NCBI GenBank assembly: GCA_976226885.1
Contig: OZ320314.1
Span: forward strand, 95,108,001-95,172,000
Length of the DNA: 64,000 bases
Origin: Iphione sp. A-MEVVRFRX5
Taxonomy: Eukaryota
Direction of reading: 5' to 3'
Positions within the stretch are counted from its first letter, which is position 1; each line of letters begins with the position of its first letter. This document shows, one piece after another, positions 1 through 12,523 of this stretch. A program made the position numbers and the translations under genes. Under the pieces are notes generated by a model. It made no database searches. It had not been told where the DNA came from and saw nothing but the letters and a program-made list of their open reading frames with translations.

Positions 1-734
1 GACTTCCCCATTGTCTCCTTCCACCCAATCGCCGTCACTTACGCCTATAAAACTGCGAATAAGGAATGTGACCCTCGCTACCCAGCTTGGTTTGTTTTCT
101 TTAACGCAGCGAAGCCAGCGACTTGGCTTCGTATAATTGGAACAAATTATCCAATTAAATGCATACCGTGAAGAATCGTTATTTATGGTTCTAATGGAGT
201 CTAAGTGCACAGCTCTGGCGACAAATGGGATACATTTGCAATATTGATGCGTTGCCCGTGGAAGATTTTGATTCGTGTTATTATGAAGTGAGTCAGTTCC
301 CATATGGCTTTCATATTGTTGAGTACTTCAGCCTGTGACCTTACACCGACCATTCAATCCTAGCCCGTCTACGGTTCACGTGACCTTGGATAGATGCAAG
401 AGGCTAATAATAGCTGTCATTTTATTGCATGATGATACACTATTAAGATATATCTAGGCTTTATCAGTTTCAAAGTTGCTTGAACTTTGCATACTTTTAG
501 AGGAATCTGTGGAGCAGCACTTGCTTATGCTGCGCCTGTGGGAACATACACCTACACGTGTCTCTGATTTACGTGTATCCCTTGGATTAACCAGACACAG
601 TATTACATGTTCACGTGTGTCTTATACGGAAATATTGGGCCGTATTTTTGTAGTCTCATTGGAGAAAGTCTTGGGATGCACGTAAAAGTGTACAGCTGCG
701 CACGCCGAGGAACTGTCGCAAAGATAGCACTGCA

Positions 735-3400
735 TTGCTCTATTGGCCCCCACACTCTCTGGTGGCAGCCCGGAAATGGACTCGACAGCGCCGCCTGCTA
801 AGTGTCCGACATAGGAGACAAAAGTGCTGCCCCACTGCGGAGGGCGCTAATACCAGCGTGGGCTGGTCGGCAGTATCGGGGGTGGCAGTCATCAATGCCG
901 GAGAAGCACCCGCCCTGAGAGCTTCGTGTCCTCCTACAGCGCACCCCTGCACATGGCAGCTCGCAGGGTTCTGTGAGGTAACAGACAGCGGCATCCGTCG
1001 TCCAATCTTATCGGATTCCCGGCATTGCCAGATTTATACAGGGAGGGTTATCATTGCGGCCTCCGCAGCTCCTGCAACAAGGGAGGGCTCTATCTATATT
1101 GGATATCTAGCAGCTTGTGTCTCGGCACGGTCGGGCGACGTGCGGACCCATCTGGATCGGAGTGACCCGATGGTTGCTAGCCCGCCCGTAGGGTCATCGG
1201 GCGGCCGGGCGCGCTTGGCCGTGAATCACACGCCGGCAACTGGATATCGGCATGCAGGAGGCAAACGGCGATCCATCATTGGCGTCGGCGACGGCGAAAA
1301 TTCACGGAGATCGCCGATAAATTGAAGTTGTAGTGGTCGGCGATACTTGTCCCTGAAGAGGTGGTTGCTGCCTGTGAACTGTAGAGGAGAGCCACAGGAA
1401 AGTGAGAAGAGTTCGAGAGAAAGAGAGAGAAAGTGAAAGAAAGACTGGGAGAAAGAAAGGAAGAAAGAAGGGAAGGAGGGAAGGAAGGAAGGAAGGAAGG
1501 AAGGAAGGAAGAAGAGCCTGCATCCAAGTGGAAATTTGAAATATATAGCTCACGTATAGACTCGTACACGTGGATAGCACAATACAGGAATTCATGTTGC
1601 GCTTTCCCCAGACAACGTCACACATTGGCTGAGATAATATCCACGACACGCTCCCTAAGCCATTTTCCGGGCTCTCCTAGGAGGCATATCCCTGTCAGAT
1701 TAATTTCTACATCCGTGACAATCACATCCTAAACTGAGGCTACTGGATGCAATCAAAATGCTAATTGCTGGATTATATTTTTTCCCTTAGAGATTCATGC
1801 CTACTGATACCCAACTGGTAATGCCCATCAAAAGTCCAATTTAAATGTCAGCTAATCTAACGTAGTTTTCTTGGCATTGACAAAAAACGAGGAGAGGTAA
1901 CTGTTAGTCAGAAAAAACAATGCATATAAAAGAATCTTATCAGAATTATCTTTTATACAGGCATAAAATAGTATAAATTTTCCCTACGTTTGTATGGCTG
2001 AAGAAAAAAATCATCGAATATGATGCTGAAAATTAAATACAGCGCTATGTTGATGGGTTAGGCTATCGTTTGAGTTATTTTGATGGTCTTGATTGAACAG
2101 CCTTTCGTCACCCATTTGCCCCTATTCGTGAGGACAGACTGGCCAGGCCAGGCGGCCATAGGTGCCAGTGAGATCTATTGCCCAGACCCTCTGAGACTCC
2201 CTGGGAGGCAAGGTGAAAGGTCGGACACGCCAAAGCCTAGCGAGAGGTGTTTTGCATTAGGGTCTCGCGGATCCACGCGTGAGTCAGCGCGGCGCGAGGT
2301 ACCAGTCTCCGTCGGAGCGCCGCGGACGGTCGCGCTTGGTACTAACACTGCCGCGGCGAAGGTGGTAGTGGCAGTGGTGGAGGTGGAGGTGGTGGGTGTG
2401 GCGACGGACGTTGTGGCGGCGGCGATGCCACCATTGGCGCCGGTCGTATTGGGCTATTGGTGGCAGTGACGACCGGCCATCAGGAGTTTCAACAGCTGGT
2501 TTTAAGGCAAATGGGCCTGGCGGTACCGAACGGTACTATTCGATTCAGAGGACGCTTGACCGAAAGCGACAGCCAGTGCCGGTATTGAAAGTGTGGACGA
2601 TAAGGTAACGAAGTGCAGCAGGGGTTGATGAGCGATCAGTTGGTTGACCGCAGAGGGCGCATCAATCGCATGTGACTGGCCGCTAGAGGTGCTCGCAGTG
2701 GAAATACAGGTGGGAGATAGCGTGATGACGGACGGTGATAGACTGGCTCCCATAAGCTACTCGCCAGGGTCAGCAGCTCTGATTAACCCCCGCTGATAGC
2801 AGAAATATCGCCCTGAGTGGCTCCCTGAGTGAGAAGGAGTTGCTCGGTCAGGCTCCGCGACGAACGCTTCACAACGCACCCGAGGAGTGCCACCCTGAGC
2901 ACTAACAAGCAAACCACTCCGCGGGGATTTATTATCATTGGCAAGCTTTCGGCGCCTGTTTGTGTCTGAGTGGATGTACGTGTCCTAACGTCCAAGGAGA
3001 GGAGAGCTGCAGCGGTCGAGAAAAGAACTCCCGCTCCCTAACTGTGCCCCTCAGCAGACTTCACGCCTCTGCTCCCTATACACAGTAGCTCAGCCTAGTA
3101 CTTCTCAAGGGTCGCGTGGGAGTCATTCAACTCCAGAGGCGTACAGTTTTCACGGAACAAACATACACTTACACGCACGCACAAATTCGCCCCGGGACAA
3201 CTCCTTGACGGAGACTGGTCGGTCAAGAGAACAAACAGGGATCGTGTTCGGTGTGCCGACTTCCTTTCAGGCCTCGTTCTCAACAGAAAAGATCTCACCC
3301 GGGCGGAGGACGGACAGAGAGGAAGGGGAACTACAGGACTATTGTGTATGTATGTGTGTGTGTTGCCAATCCCACTGGCATCCGCAGTCTCCACTTAGGC
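735..3400 (-). mobile_element. Decayed GC-rich retroelement remnant, possibly Ngaro/DIRS-like
   Basis: Minus strand near 2560-2605 reads 'HTFNTGTGCRF', like an eroded gag CCCH finger; 'ALRSGAA' near 830-850 resembles YR box II. Interrupted by a GA-rich tract. Weak motifs only. Confidence 0.3.
1461..1511. repeat. (GGAA)n microsatellite within a purine-rich tract
   Basis: Direct reading. Confidence 0.95.
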
Positions 3401-3937
3401 AGACCCAGACGGCTTCTAACCTAAGAGGTGATGCCCTCCTGTGTGTTGTAGTGATAAATGACCCCTAGACTGAAGCTGATGGGGTTCTACCGGGCGTAGT
3501 TCGCCGCTGGAGACCACCATTCTATCCGATAGTGGCCAACAAACAATAGGCCTGGGTGACATTAACAACCGCTCCATTTGTCCTACTCGGAATGCAATTA
3601 TGGCCTTATGTCCGTGTTAAAGTACATTGGTGGCATTTTTTATCCTGGCAAGACAAGCATCTGCTGTTTGCTTCACAGATACGTGTGGGATTTCCCTATT
3701 GAAAACACCACTTCGATTGACCTTCCATGGCCCTACTACCCTGGATACAGCACTCGGTGTTGAAAACAGTGATAATAACCGCTCCCGAAAACCAAATACA
3801 ATATTGACCTTGGGCTCTTGTCAATATTGGGCGTGACTGAGTGGAAATTGCGAAGCTCTAACAGCGTTATTTTTCAATTGGCGCATCGGAAGAGGTTGAT
3901 TTTTTCGGAAGGAGGAACTATTGAAAAGAAATAAAAA

Positions 3938-5269
3938 ATGGAGATCGGTGAGAGCAATCCCCCGAAAATTCCATTTGGCACGGACATGGAGACGCTGGAC
4001 GCCATGGCCGGACTACTTCCGGGCATGGAAGAAGACCCTCTGGGTCCTCCGGTCAACGCGACGATCGAGAATTTTACTGAAAACTTCATTAACACGACTT
4101 GGATCTTCGGGCCGACGGAGGACAAGGTGATCCTACCGCTGCTGCTGTCGCTCATCGCTCTGTGTGCAATGTTAGCCAACGGACTGGTTATTTTCACTGT
4201 CATCGCCTACCAGCGCCTGCGCACCGGGCCTAATCTAATGCTCTTAAACATTGCCGTCGCTGACGTGGTATTCGCCGCATTCTGCATACCAACGGCCATA
4301 GTCAATCACAGCCTCCCTCCAGCGAGCGGCGGAAGTCTCGACGGTCGCGACGGCAGCGGCGGTGACGGGATCAACGACCCGGTGGGTCCGCCTGTGGACG
4401 TAGCCGTATGTAAGTTTGTACACTACGTCATTTTCGTCACCGTCTACGTCGGTATCTATACGCTAGTGGTGACGTGCATTTTCCGTTTCTTCGCTGAGTT
4501 CCTCGCGACCAAGTTCCTGCAGCTGCTTTCTAAGACGAACGCGGCCATCACCTGCCTGGTGATCTGGCTGGCGTTTGGCGTCTCCCATCTCAACTTTGTT
4601 CTCCAGGAGGACGCCGCCATCTTCCAGGAGCCCTTCATCTGCGTGCAGACTGAAGCTCTCATAGACCAAGTCAAGATGCGCACTCTGTGGGTGACCTTCC
4701 TCGCCTGCGCCTTTCTACTGCCGCTCGTCGCCATCTTCCTCCTGTCTGCCATCACCATTCATATGCAGTCACGCGCCAACGCCAAAGCGACAGCGGCGGC
4801 CATCGCTACGGGGAGAGACCGAGGCAGCAAGGTCGGCGGCGGAAACGGAAGCACGAGCAGCCGGAGCAGTAGCGCAAGTCCCGGCAGTGGTAGGGATCCA
4901 TCCCGGAGTCAGCGTGAGTTGACAACAATGATCATGGCGTCGATGGTGGTGCGCACCGTCTGCTGGCTGCCAATCCAGGTTTTCGTCATGGTCGACATCT
5001 TTGGCGTCGTCGGCGTCACCGAACTCTACCGGAAGGCCGAGATGCTTGCCGTCTGCTGCGCCTTCGGCGGCTCGTGCATCAGCGCGCTCGTCTATAGCTG
5101 TGTCTCGGCCGACTTCCGGCTTGGCTTCCAGGAGACCGCCTCCTGTCTGCTTCCGCGGAAGGACCCCGAGAAACCGCCTCCGACGTACAAGCTTGGCGCC
5201 GAGCCAGAAGTGAACGAGACGATCATGTCAATCCTCACAGACAGTTCCAACCATATTAACTACGCTTAA
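3938..5269 (+). CDS. Intronless class A (rhodopsin-like) GPCR, allatostatin-A/galanin receptor-like
   Basis: 443-aa ORF with a good start context (AAAAAATGG) and seven hydrophobic segments. N-terminal N-glycosylation sequons NAT/NFT/NTT; TM1 'LANGLVI'; TM2 'NLMLLNIAVADVVFAAFCIP'; TM3 'VCKFVHYVIFVTVYVGIYTLV'; ECL2 Cys 'PFICVQ'; TM6 'CWLP'. TM2-TM3 closely resemble my recollection of AstA-R/galanin receptors. Confidence 0.9.
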   Translation: MEIGESNPPKIPFGTDMETLDAMAGLLPGMEEDPLGPPVNATIENFTENFINTTWIFGPTEDKVILPLLLSLIALCAMLANGLVIFTVIAYQRLRTGPNLMLLNIAVADVVFAAFCIPTAIVNHSLPPASGGSLDGRDGSGGDGINDPVGPPVDVAVCKFVHYVIFVTVYVGIYTLVVTCIFRFFAEFLATKFLQLLSKTNAAITCLVIWLAFGVSHLNFVLQEDAAIFQEPFICVQTEALIDQVKMRTLWVTFLACAFLLPLVAIFLLSAITIHMQSRANAKATAAAIATGRDRGSKVGGGNGSTSSRSSSASPGSGRDPSRSQRELTTMIMASMVVRTVCWLPIQVFVMVDIFGVVGVTELYRKAEMLAVCCAFGGSCISALVYSCVSADFRLGFQETASCLLPRKDPEKPPPTYKLGAEPEVNETIMSILTDSSNHINYA

Positions 5270-6431
5270 ATGTAACACACTTACAAACATGATCGCTCTT
5301 TCTCTCCGTGTGTATAATCCACCTCATGAATTAGATGGTTGGATAACGAAACTGTGCATGGTATTGGCACCGCGTATTGATGCATCTGTCCTTGAAAATC
5401 AATCGTGCTGAACTCGTCAGGCGGATGTCGTGATGTCTCGTTATCACCACGTGAATGTACATGGACAAACCTGATCGACAGGACGGCCCGATTCTGTGAT
5501 ATCTGGTGATGATGGCCTCCGGCATTGAACACCACCCCCACCCTTCTTCTGCTCCCACCCCAACCAGTGACCACTTCCCAGAACCGAAGCACGGCAACCT
5601 TAAGGGAGTAGCAGCACTGGAGAGAGATCATGACAAACGAGCGACCCATGCCATCCTTGTCATGCTTGTCCGCGCCCCTACACGCGGTATGCCCTCTGTG
5701 GCGACGCCCTTATCAGATGGGCCAGAAATTGGGGCCTCGTGATAGGTCCCTACCTCTTTCCTCCAGCTGACCGGTCGCAACCATCCCCGGAGGCGGTCGG
5801 AACAGAGGGGCTGTGGGGCGTTTGGGGATGAGGTGGTTGGGACGGCCAGCCGGCACGCGTGACTGGCCGGGGTCATTATCTGGGCTGGCAGATGGCGAAC
5901 ACATCGACGTAGTACATGCCGCACACACCGCCACCAGGCGGCAGCCGACGGACACAGCGATCACGCTCTGCGACAGATGAGTACACTTCTGACTCGGAGC
6001 AGGGTTGCAACTGGGAGGTATCGGGGATAATCCTTCATGGCAGAGGCTTAATTTAAAGAAGGTGGCGGTACCCTTCTTATCTACATGACTTTCTCAATGA
6101 CTTCTACCCCTTCAGGGCATCTGGTCACTGCACCAAATGACCACTGCTTCTTACCTGCCATCTAGGTTGGTGGAGTGTACATAGCACCATGGCTACCAAA
6201 TGATCTGAATGGTTGTGAATAATTGATCTATGTATCATAAATGGGAACTAGTCGAACACATTCATGGAATTTCTCCTGGCCTAATCTATAGATGCTTTGT
6301 GTAAAGAATCTTTTTAACGCTTATTTAAGTAATGTGATAAGTCATTTCTCATATGCTACTGGTATTTTCCAATGCTGTGTTCGATGAAAGGTTCCTGATC
6401 TTTAAAATCATTTGACATGAAAAGTATATAT

Positions 6432-6496
6432 GCAGGGATCGAACTTTTAATTATGACCATGTGCGTCAGTCACAGTGCATTCTAAACCATACAACC
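6432..6496 (-). other. Possible tRNA-derived SINE head relic
   Basis: Minus strand has an A-box-like TGGTTTAGAATG and a B-box GTTCGATCC at tRNA-like spacing. No intact cloverleaf. Confidence 0.3.
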
Positions 6497-9400
6497 TTTT
6501 TAACCAGAAAGCTTTGTCTGAATACAAAAATATTTTGAATCCCCGGATCAAAATTATGATGGTGGAAAAAAGTGTAGGTCCACTCGAAAATAAGTATTCA
6601 GCGGTTTTGTATTAAGTTGGAACCTTGTATATATGTCTCATTGTAGGGTGCTATACTCACAAGATCACTGTAGTAACTCTCACTTCAAAGTTGTAAAAAC
6701 AGAATCCATTACTCATCAGAAGAGACTATAATGTTTATAACTATAGTTGATTCCATGCTTTTTACTGGTCCAGTAATATTCAAAGGAACGAAGGAGCTGG
6801 CATACGTGTCTCTAGAGATATAGTTCTTTAATAACATCTTTGTTATTTATGGAGACATAGTGATGCAAATTTTATTTTTACATCATGTCTACACACGAGT
6901 GAAACTATAAGTTCTTAATAAATCTGTCTCAGAATGGTGAACTGTTTGGAGAATCATTCAAGCCTGCTTCACATTTAAAGGTTCCAAAAGGATGTATACG
7001 TGTACATAGATAACGATATTACCGGAAGGAAATGTGTAACTTGCTGTATTTGGAACAAGTCCGCTTAAATAAAAGTTCGTAAAATAGATATTATCTTCCT
7101 CCTTTTGCCTGCTAACTACATGTACACATAATATTCTATAAGAACTTTTCTTACAGTGATATATCATCGTAACATTCGGCAAGTGACAATGAAATCAATT
7201 ACTTTATTAAGCAGCAGCCCTTTAGAAAAGTTAAGTGTCTTACAATACTTAAAGGAATTCTTTCTGTAAGCTGAGTTAATCTATTTTATAAATTCTCTGA
7301 GCTTATGATAGCAGGCCAAACAGCCTAGAATCCCACACATGCACCAAAAGGAAATGACCTATGCTCCTTTGGCGGTTCTGCAGATAGACCGCACGGTCTA
7401 CACTACAGGGATGAATCTTTCCATCAGATTTTAGCCACAAATCCATCATAGGTCGCAGTAGGGGTTAATCTTCGCTGGGGTCATCACGTACCGCCCTCCC
7501 ACACCATCTACACCTCCAGGCTTCTACTACTACTCCAAGGATTTGCGGAGCAATGCCATCCATGCAGCAGAAAATGTAACAGCCGCTATAGGTATTGGGT
7601 CTGCTACCTACGTAGGTACCCTTCCTACCTACCTCCTCCTTCTCGAACTCTTTTTTTCTCTTACTGTTTCCACTCGGGTTTGCTTGGAATTATGAACGTG
7701 TTCTTCGTGTTGGTATTGCTGTTTTACCAGTGCCAGTCCCTCTCGACCGCTAACGGCAGGAAGCCATTGGCACTCCTACTGCTCCCTATATGTGCCTCTC
7801 CACAACAAGGCGAGAAGCAGTTACGAGCACGTTAATGATATCACCAGTGAAAAACTGCTCATTAGCTCCCAGCACGTTTAAACGTTACAGTAATGACATT
7901 GACAGTTTCAGAATGCATTTCATTTCCATATTTCTTACACTGACGTCTATTGAACAGGATTGTGAAGAATTTGAAAAAAGTTAGTATTTCTCGTTGGATA
8001 GCGACTAGCTCAAACTAAAAGTTGTTCCGTCTGATACTCTTAAGGTATACATGTATTTGCATGTGCTCACCTTGGTAATATTACATATTCTTGCCCTTGT
8101 CCAGAGACAAAACAGTTACAGGGTCTGGGACCAAACACAAATAACGGTGCTAACTGTCGGGAAATGAGTCGGGGTTATTGAGGGTCTAAGTCGTTTACAT
8201 GTACATGGTAATTCGGACATGACCCCCCAGAATGAACTCTGACATGAGGTCATCTTTGGTCAATACCCGCTCTCGCTTTCTCTCTTTCTGCCTCTCTGTC
8301 CTACCTCTCTATATACATATGTATATATAATATATACTGTCTTAAAAGGATTCGTATATTGTAGGGGAAACTTTGCTGCAATGTATCACTTTTTCTTCTT
8401 TTTGACTGAAATTTCATTTAAAAAGCAATTGAGTCATTCCACTCCTGCACTACATTGGCCGTCCAAATTTCGCGCTAGACCGAACACTACAGTGTCTTCC
8501 TTGTTCCTCCGAAGCCCCTTGCCAAACACCTACTATACTTAATCAGTTGGTTTTGCCAAAGGGGGGGGTGGAGCTTGGCTGCCAGGGTTGCTGGTATTCC
8601 CGAGGCAGCTGCCGCTTCAAATGCCGCCTTTCTGTCAACATGCCGTTTCGATATCGCCCATGTTTCTGTCGGTGAGCAGTGACCAGAAGTCGTGATCCTA
8701 GCCCACCGGGCGAAGTACGCAACGTTTGAGGTCTAATCCGAATCCTAACATTTGGCGCTGCTCTCGCATGTTTGCCAGATCGGCCTGGCCACCTTTACGT
8801 ATAAACTGCACGTGGGACGCCCGCCTTGCCGGTAGAGGCGCCTCTGTATATACTTCCAGTTAGTGCATGTACACAGAGCAGGGGCAGTCTCACCTGGAGG
8901 TAATTGAAGGGTGGGTGCTGGAGCAGCGCCCGATAGCCCGAGCCCACCTTTTTCCTCCTGCTGTGTGGTCCTATCGCACCAACTTGCACTGCACTGTCAG
9001 CCGCTAGACCGAGGGGCTCAACCACTTTCTGGGATAATGAAGAAAAATAATAAAAACGGACCGTGTTCCTACACAAATAAAGCTGGGCGTGGGTGTCTGT
9101 TTCCCGTGGTATTAGTGAAGCTAGATCGGTTGTTCATAGATCATAAGGTTTCGGTTACTTTTCCAACAGAATAGAATTCCTCTCACGAAGTGATGCCCCT
9201 CTGACTGAAGATGCGAGATTAGCTCCTTCTCCCATCATATCTCCTAAAGTCCACAGTGACTAGTATCATCCGTTGTATTTTTACCATGCTACTCCATGCT
9301 ACTTCGCGTCACCAGTGATATTTTGTGTCCTACAATATTTGCTAAAAGCGTCTCGGTTATTTTCTTCATGCTGAAATACAAATATTACACGTAATTTTGG

Positions 9401-11008
9401 GGGGTGGGACAACCGTTTTTTTTCTCCTCCATGTAATGTTTCCGGATGTAAACAATTATCGTGTAATTTTCTTCGCACTTGTCACCATTCACATCTGAAG
9501 TGTGTGCGCTGATGTGTATGATGACATGTACAATATTTCCATTATGCTCCCCATACCCACGCGCTATATAAAAAGGCATGGCAGTTAGGGAACCGGGCAG
9601 CTTAAGTAATGTAAAAAAGATCCCCAGGGTATGCGCGTGATTTGCTCGGTCATATTTTTTGTCACTCAATGTATGGCTCTTGAGACCCGTCATACAGAAG
9701 ACACTGCACCGGATGATACGGCCACCATCATCCCCCACTGCTATCACTGTGTCTGCCATGACAGCGTTATCACCACTGAGGCCATAACAAACACCGGTGG
9801 TCGTTCAGCCTATTCCTGTCTGAGTGGCTGGAGCCGTTTGCACCGGAGGAGATCTGTGCTGCCAAGGTCAGGACCAGCTGGGTCCTACTGAAGCATACAA
9901 TTTCACACAAAAATCACGCATTATGATTGGTTATGGTGAGGATCTTTATAGGTGGGTCCCTCTCATTGTAGAGAGGTACCGCCTGGTACAGTAGAGTGCT
10001 ATTGTTGGTGTTGATAACGTGTTGATAAACTCCACCAATTCAGTAAACTTTCATGCTAAAAGATATGATTATATACATGTATAATATATAAATAGTGTGT
10101 AGGGACCATTTGACCATTATGAGAAAATGATAAGCTACCATCATAAAGGTAGTCCCTATTCAGTGTGTGATCAACGAACTACATGTATTAGTAACATCTG
10201 AATGCCTGGGATGGCATCGTTGGCCGTGTCGGCATTTTGATTTTTCATATTGATTGAAGACTTATATATCCAGTGTCATTCGAGCTTGAACAATACTTCA
10301 GATAAGCTTTGCCTATCAGAACAATTTCCTTTCTCCCCATAGATGAGTGACGAGTATAAAATGTCTCTGTCTCACCTGCATAATGTACGTATACATCCTG
10401 TTAAATCTCTCTAGTTGTATGTCCTTGGCTTCTGGTGATTCCAAAAAAAGAGAATCCCATATAAAATATACATAAAGGTTTCGGAAAATCATGATTTGTT
10501 GCTTGTAGTATCTTCTTGTAAATGAGGATTTCCAGGTAAAATGGATCCATTTGATGAGGTCCGACCGTATCCCTGCATATATTCAGGTTTACTGCGACAA
10601 GCTTTCACCAGAGAACAGAAAACGCCCTCTTGTATCTGCACTGCGTGCCGATAATTCGTTAAAAGTTCGTCTATTGAGGAGAATCGAAGCACGCTTTTAG
10701 CATGAACACCAGTACTTTGCAGTGTTCCATGATTCACGGTTGGAAGAAACCTATGAAATATTTGCGCCCAAAATAGAATACACCTCATTGCCTTCAATAT
10801 CAGCATACAAGGTGGCATAGAATACCTTACAGACACTGTAGAAATCGTCATTTGGGTAAATTCTTTTGGAAATCCTCTTTCTCCTAGTGTGTCATATTTT
10901 ACAAACACCCCGTATCTCTTCATTCCTGTCATAGCTGTCCTTTTTCTGTTTGGGCTTTTACTGTTTCAAATGCTGGCTGCAACCAGTAGCGTCGAGCAGC
11001 CAAATATG

Positions 11009-11167
11009 CATGCCCGTAGCCAAGGGGGTATTGGGGGTATCGTCCGATACCCCCATTGCAATTAATAACTATTAGTCTTTATAGGGATAGAAAAAGAATA
11101 GTTCCACCCCTGTGGTATCGGGGGTATCGTCCGATACCCTCCAGAAAACTTCCTGGCTACGGGCCTG
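11009..11167. mobile_element. Short hAT-like MITE
   Basis: TIR CATGCCCGTAGCCAAG / CCTGGCTACGGGCCTG and an internal direct repeat GGGGGTATCGTCCGATACCC (x2). No matching TSD is visible. Confidence 0.55.
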
Positions 11168-11653
11168 TACATGTATGTGGCTTTGGTAGTGGCTTCGAGC
11201 AAGTAGCATTTGTAGTAAACGTTAGGGTTTAGGTCAATAGGCGAACGGAAGTACTGCAGATGAAAGGGTAGATAGAAAAGACAGATACGTAGATAGATGT
11301 AAATAGATGAAGTCCTCACAGATGTATCTACTAGAGCGAGTGAACTGCTGGCCCGCAGTTGGTGTTAGAGCAGGCATCGTGGGAGCCAGAATTGGTACAG
11401 CAAAGTATGTTATTATTGTGATTTATGAACCTCGCTGAAATATCTATCGAAAATTGGAAACCATTGCAATCATTATCCCGGGACATTTTGTGACTTATGA
11501 GACGACGTGAGGAGGATGGAGGAAAGAAAGGGTCAAAAAGACACAGAAGGGAAAGAAATGCCTAACAAGAGAAGGAGGAAAAGAGACCATGATGATGAGA
11601 AAAAGCTGGATAATAAAAACTTAAGAAACAATTGAAATATAATAGCTGTTAAT

Positions 11654-11848
11654 CGGGGGTGGGCACTCAATGAAAAGTTGTTGCATATTTTAACCTCTGT
11701 GTGGCAAAAAAATATTTCAATCCAGTGATATTGTGCTTTTTATTAAGTACTGAATATAAACACACAGAAAATGAAAACCTCTGTTGTCGCATATTTTAGT
11801 GTCTCTGTCGCACATTTCTTGCGACATAGCAACATTTGCCCACCTCTG
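11654..11848. mobile_element. hAT-like MITE
   Basis: Ends CGGGGGTGGGCA / TGCCCACCTCTG; TGTTAAT is directly repeated on both flanks (11647-11653 and 11849-11855). Confidence 0.65.
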
Positions 11849-12179
11849 TGTTAATTCTCATTTATGGAATACCCTTGGAGACCTGAGTATCAAGTTGGTT
11901 TCTTTCTCCCTAAAATAGAAGAATTTGGTGGCAGTGCTAAAGCCTAAATGATTTATATAATTTGTCGCGTGTAGATGGTCTTGAATGCCTAATTGTCAGT
12001 TCCGACAGCCTTGTACTATTCTTAAAGAATACATCATATTTCAATGGTAATAAAGTTTACAAACATCTTTTAAGTGTGTCTGAAAGTGCATGTTCATAGT
12101 AATTTTTATCCATGTTTAAACATGTATTTCATTGAGTGCATATTGTTGTGTTTTGTGATGAATTGCCGTTGCTTTATAA

Positions 12180-12523
12180 GGCCAAATGAAAAAAAGGTGT
12201 GTTTCTGTTAACGACCAGCCAAAAACCTAGGTAGGGAGGGGTATTTTTTTTCAATTTTTTCCCACTGCCTTCCTCTGCTTTTCAATAATGATAAAAGTAA
12301 TATGAAGAATTTTGACTAATTCACATGAGTTTTACAGTTCTTTGCTGAATTTCCATGGAGTTTGTTGTTTTTCTACTGAATTTATCTAAAACATATGCAG
12401 TGAAAACATATGTCTAAGGAAATTCAGCCTTGACAACTCTTCGGGGCCAAAAACTTTTTAGGTAGGGTGAGGTTTTACTAGGTAGGGGTGGATGACCAGA
12501 AACACACCCATTTTCTTTTGGCC
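12180..12523. mobile_element. PIF/Harbinger-like MITE, family A, copy 1
   Basis: GGCCAAA...TTTGGCC ends, subterminal inverted GGTGTGTTTCTG / CAGAAACACACC, and TAA TSD at 12177-12179 and 12524-12526. Homologous along its whole length to 44716-45045. Confidence 0.85.

Noticed and set aside
1276-1732. ORFs of 97-115 aa over the purine-rich tract
   Set aside because: Artefacts of the (GGAA)n low-complexity repeat.
10489-10932. 147-aa minus-strand ORF with faint pogo DDE_1-like wording ('ERG', 'PP.MLI')
   Set aside because: No catalytic DDE/D motif or TIRs could be identified.
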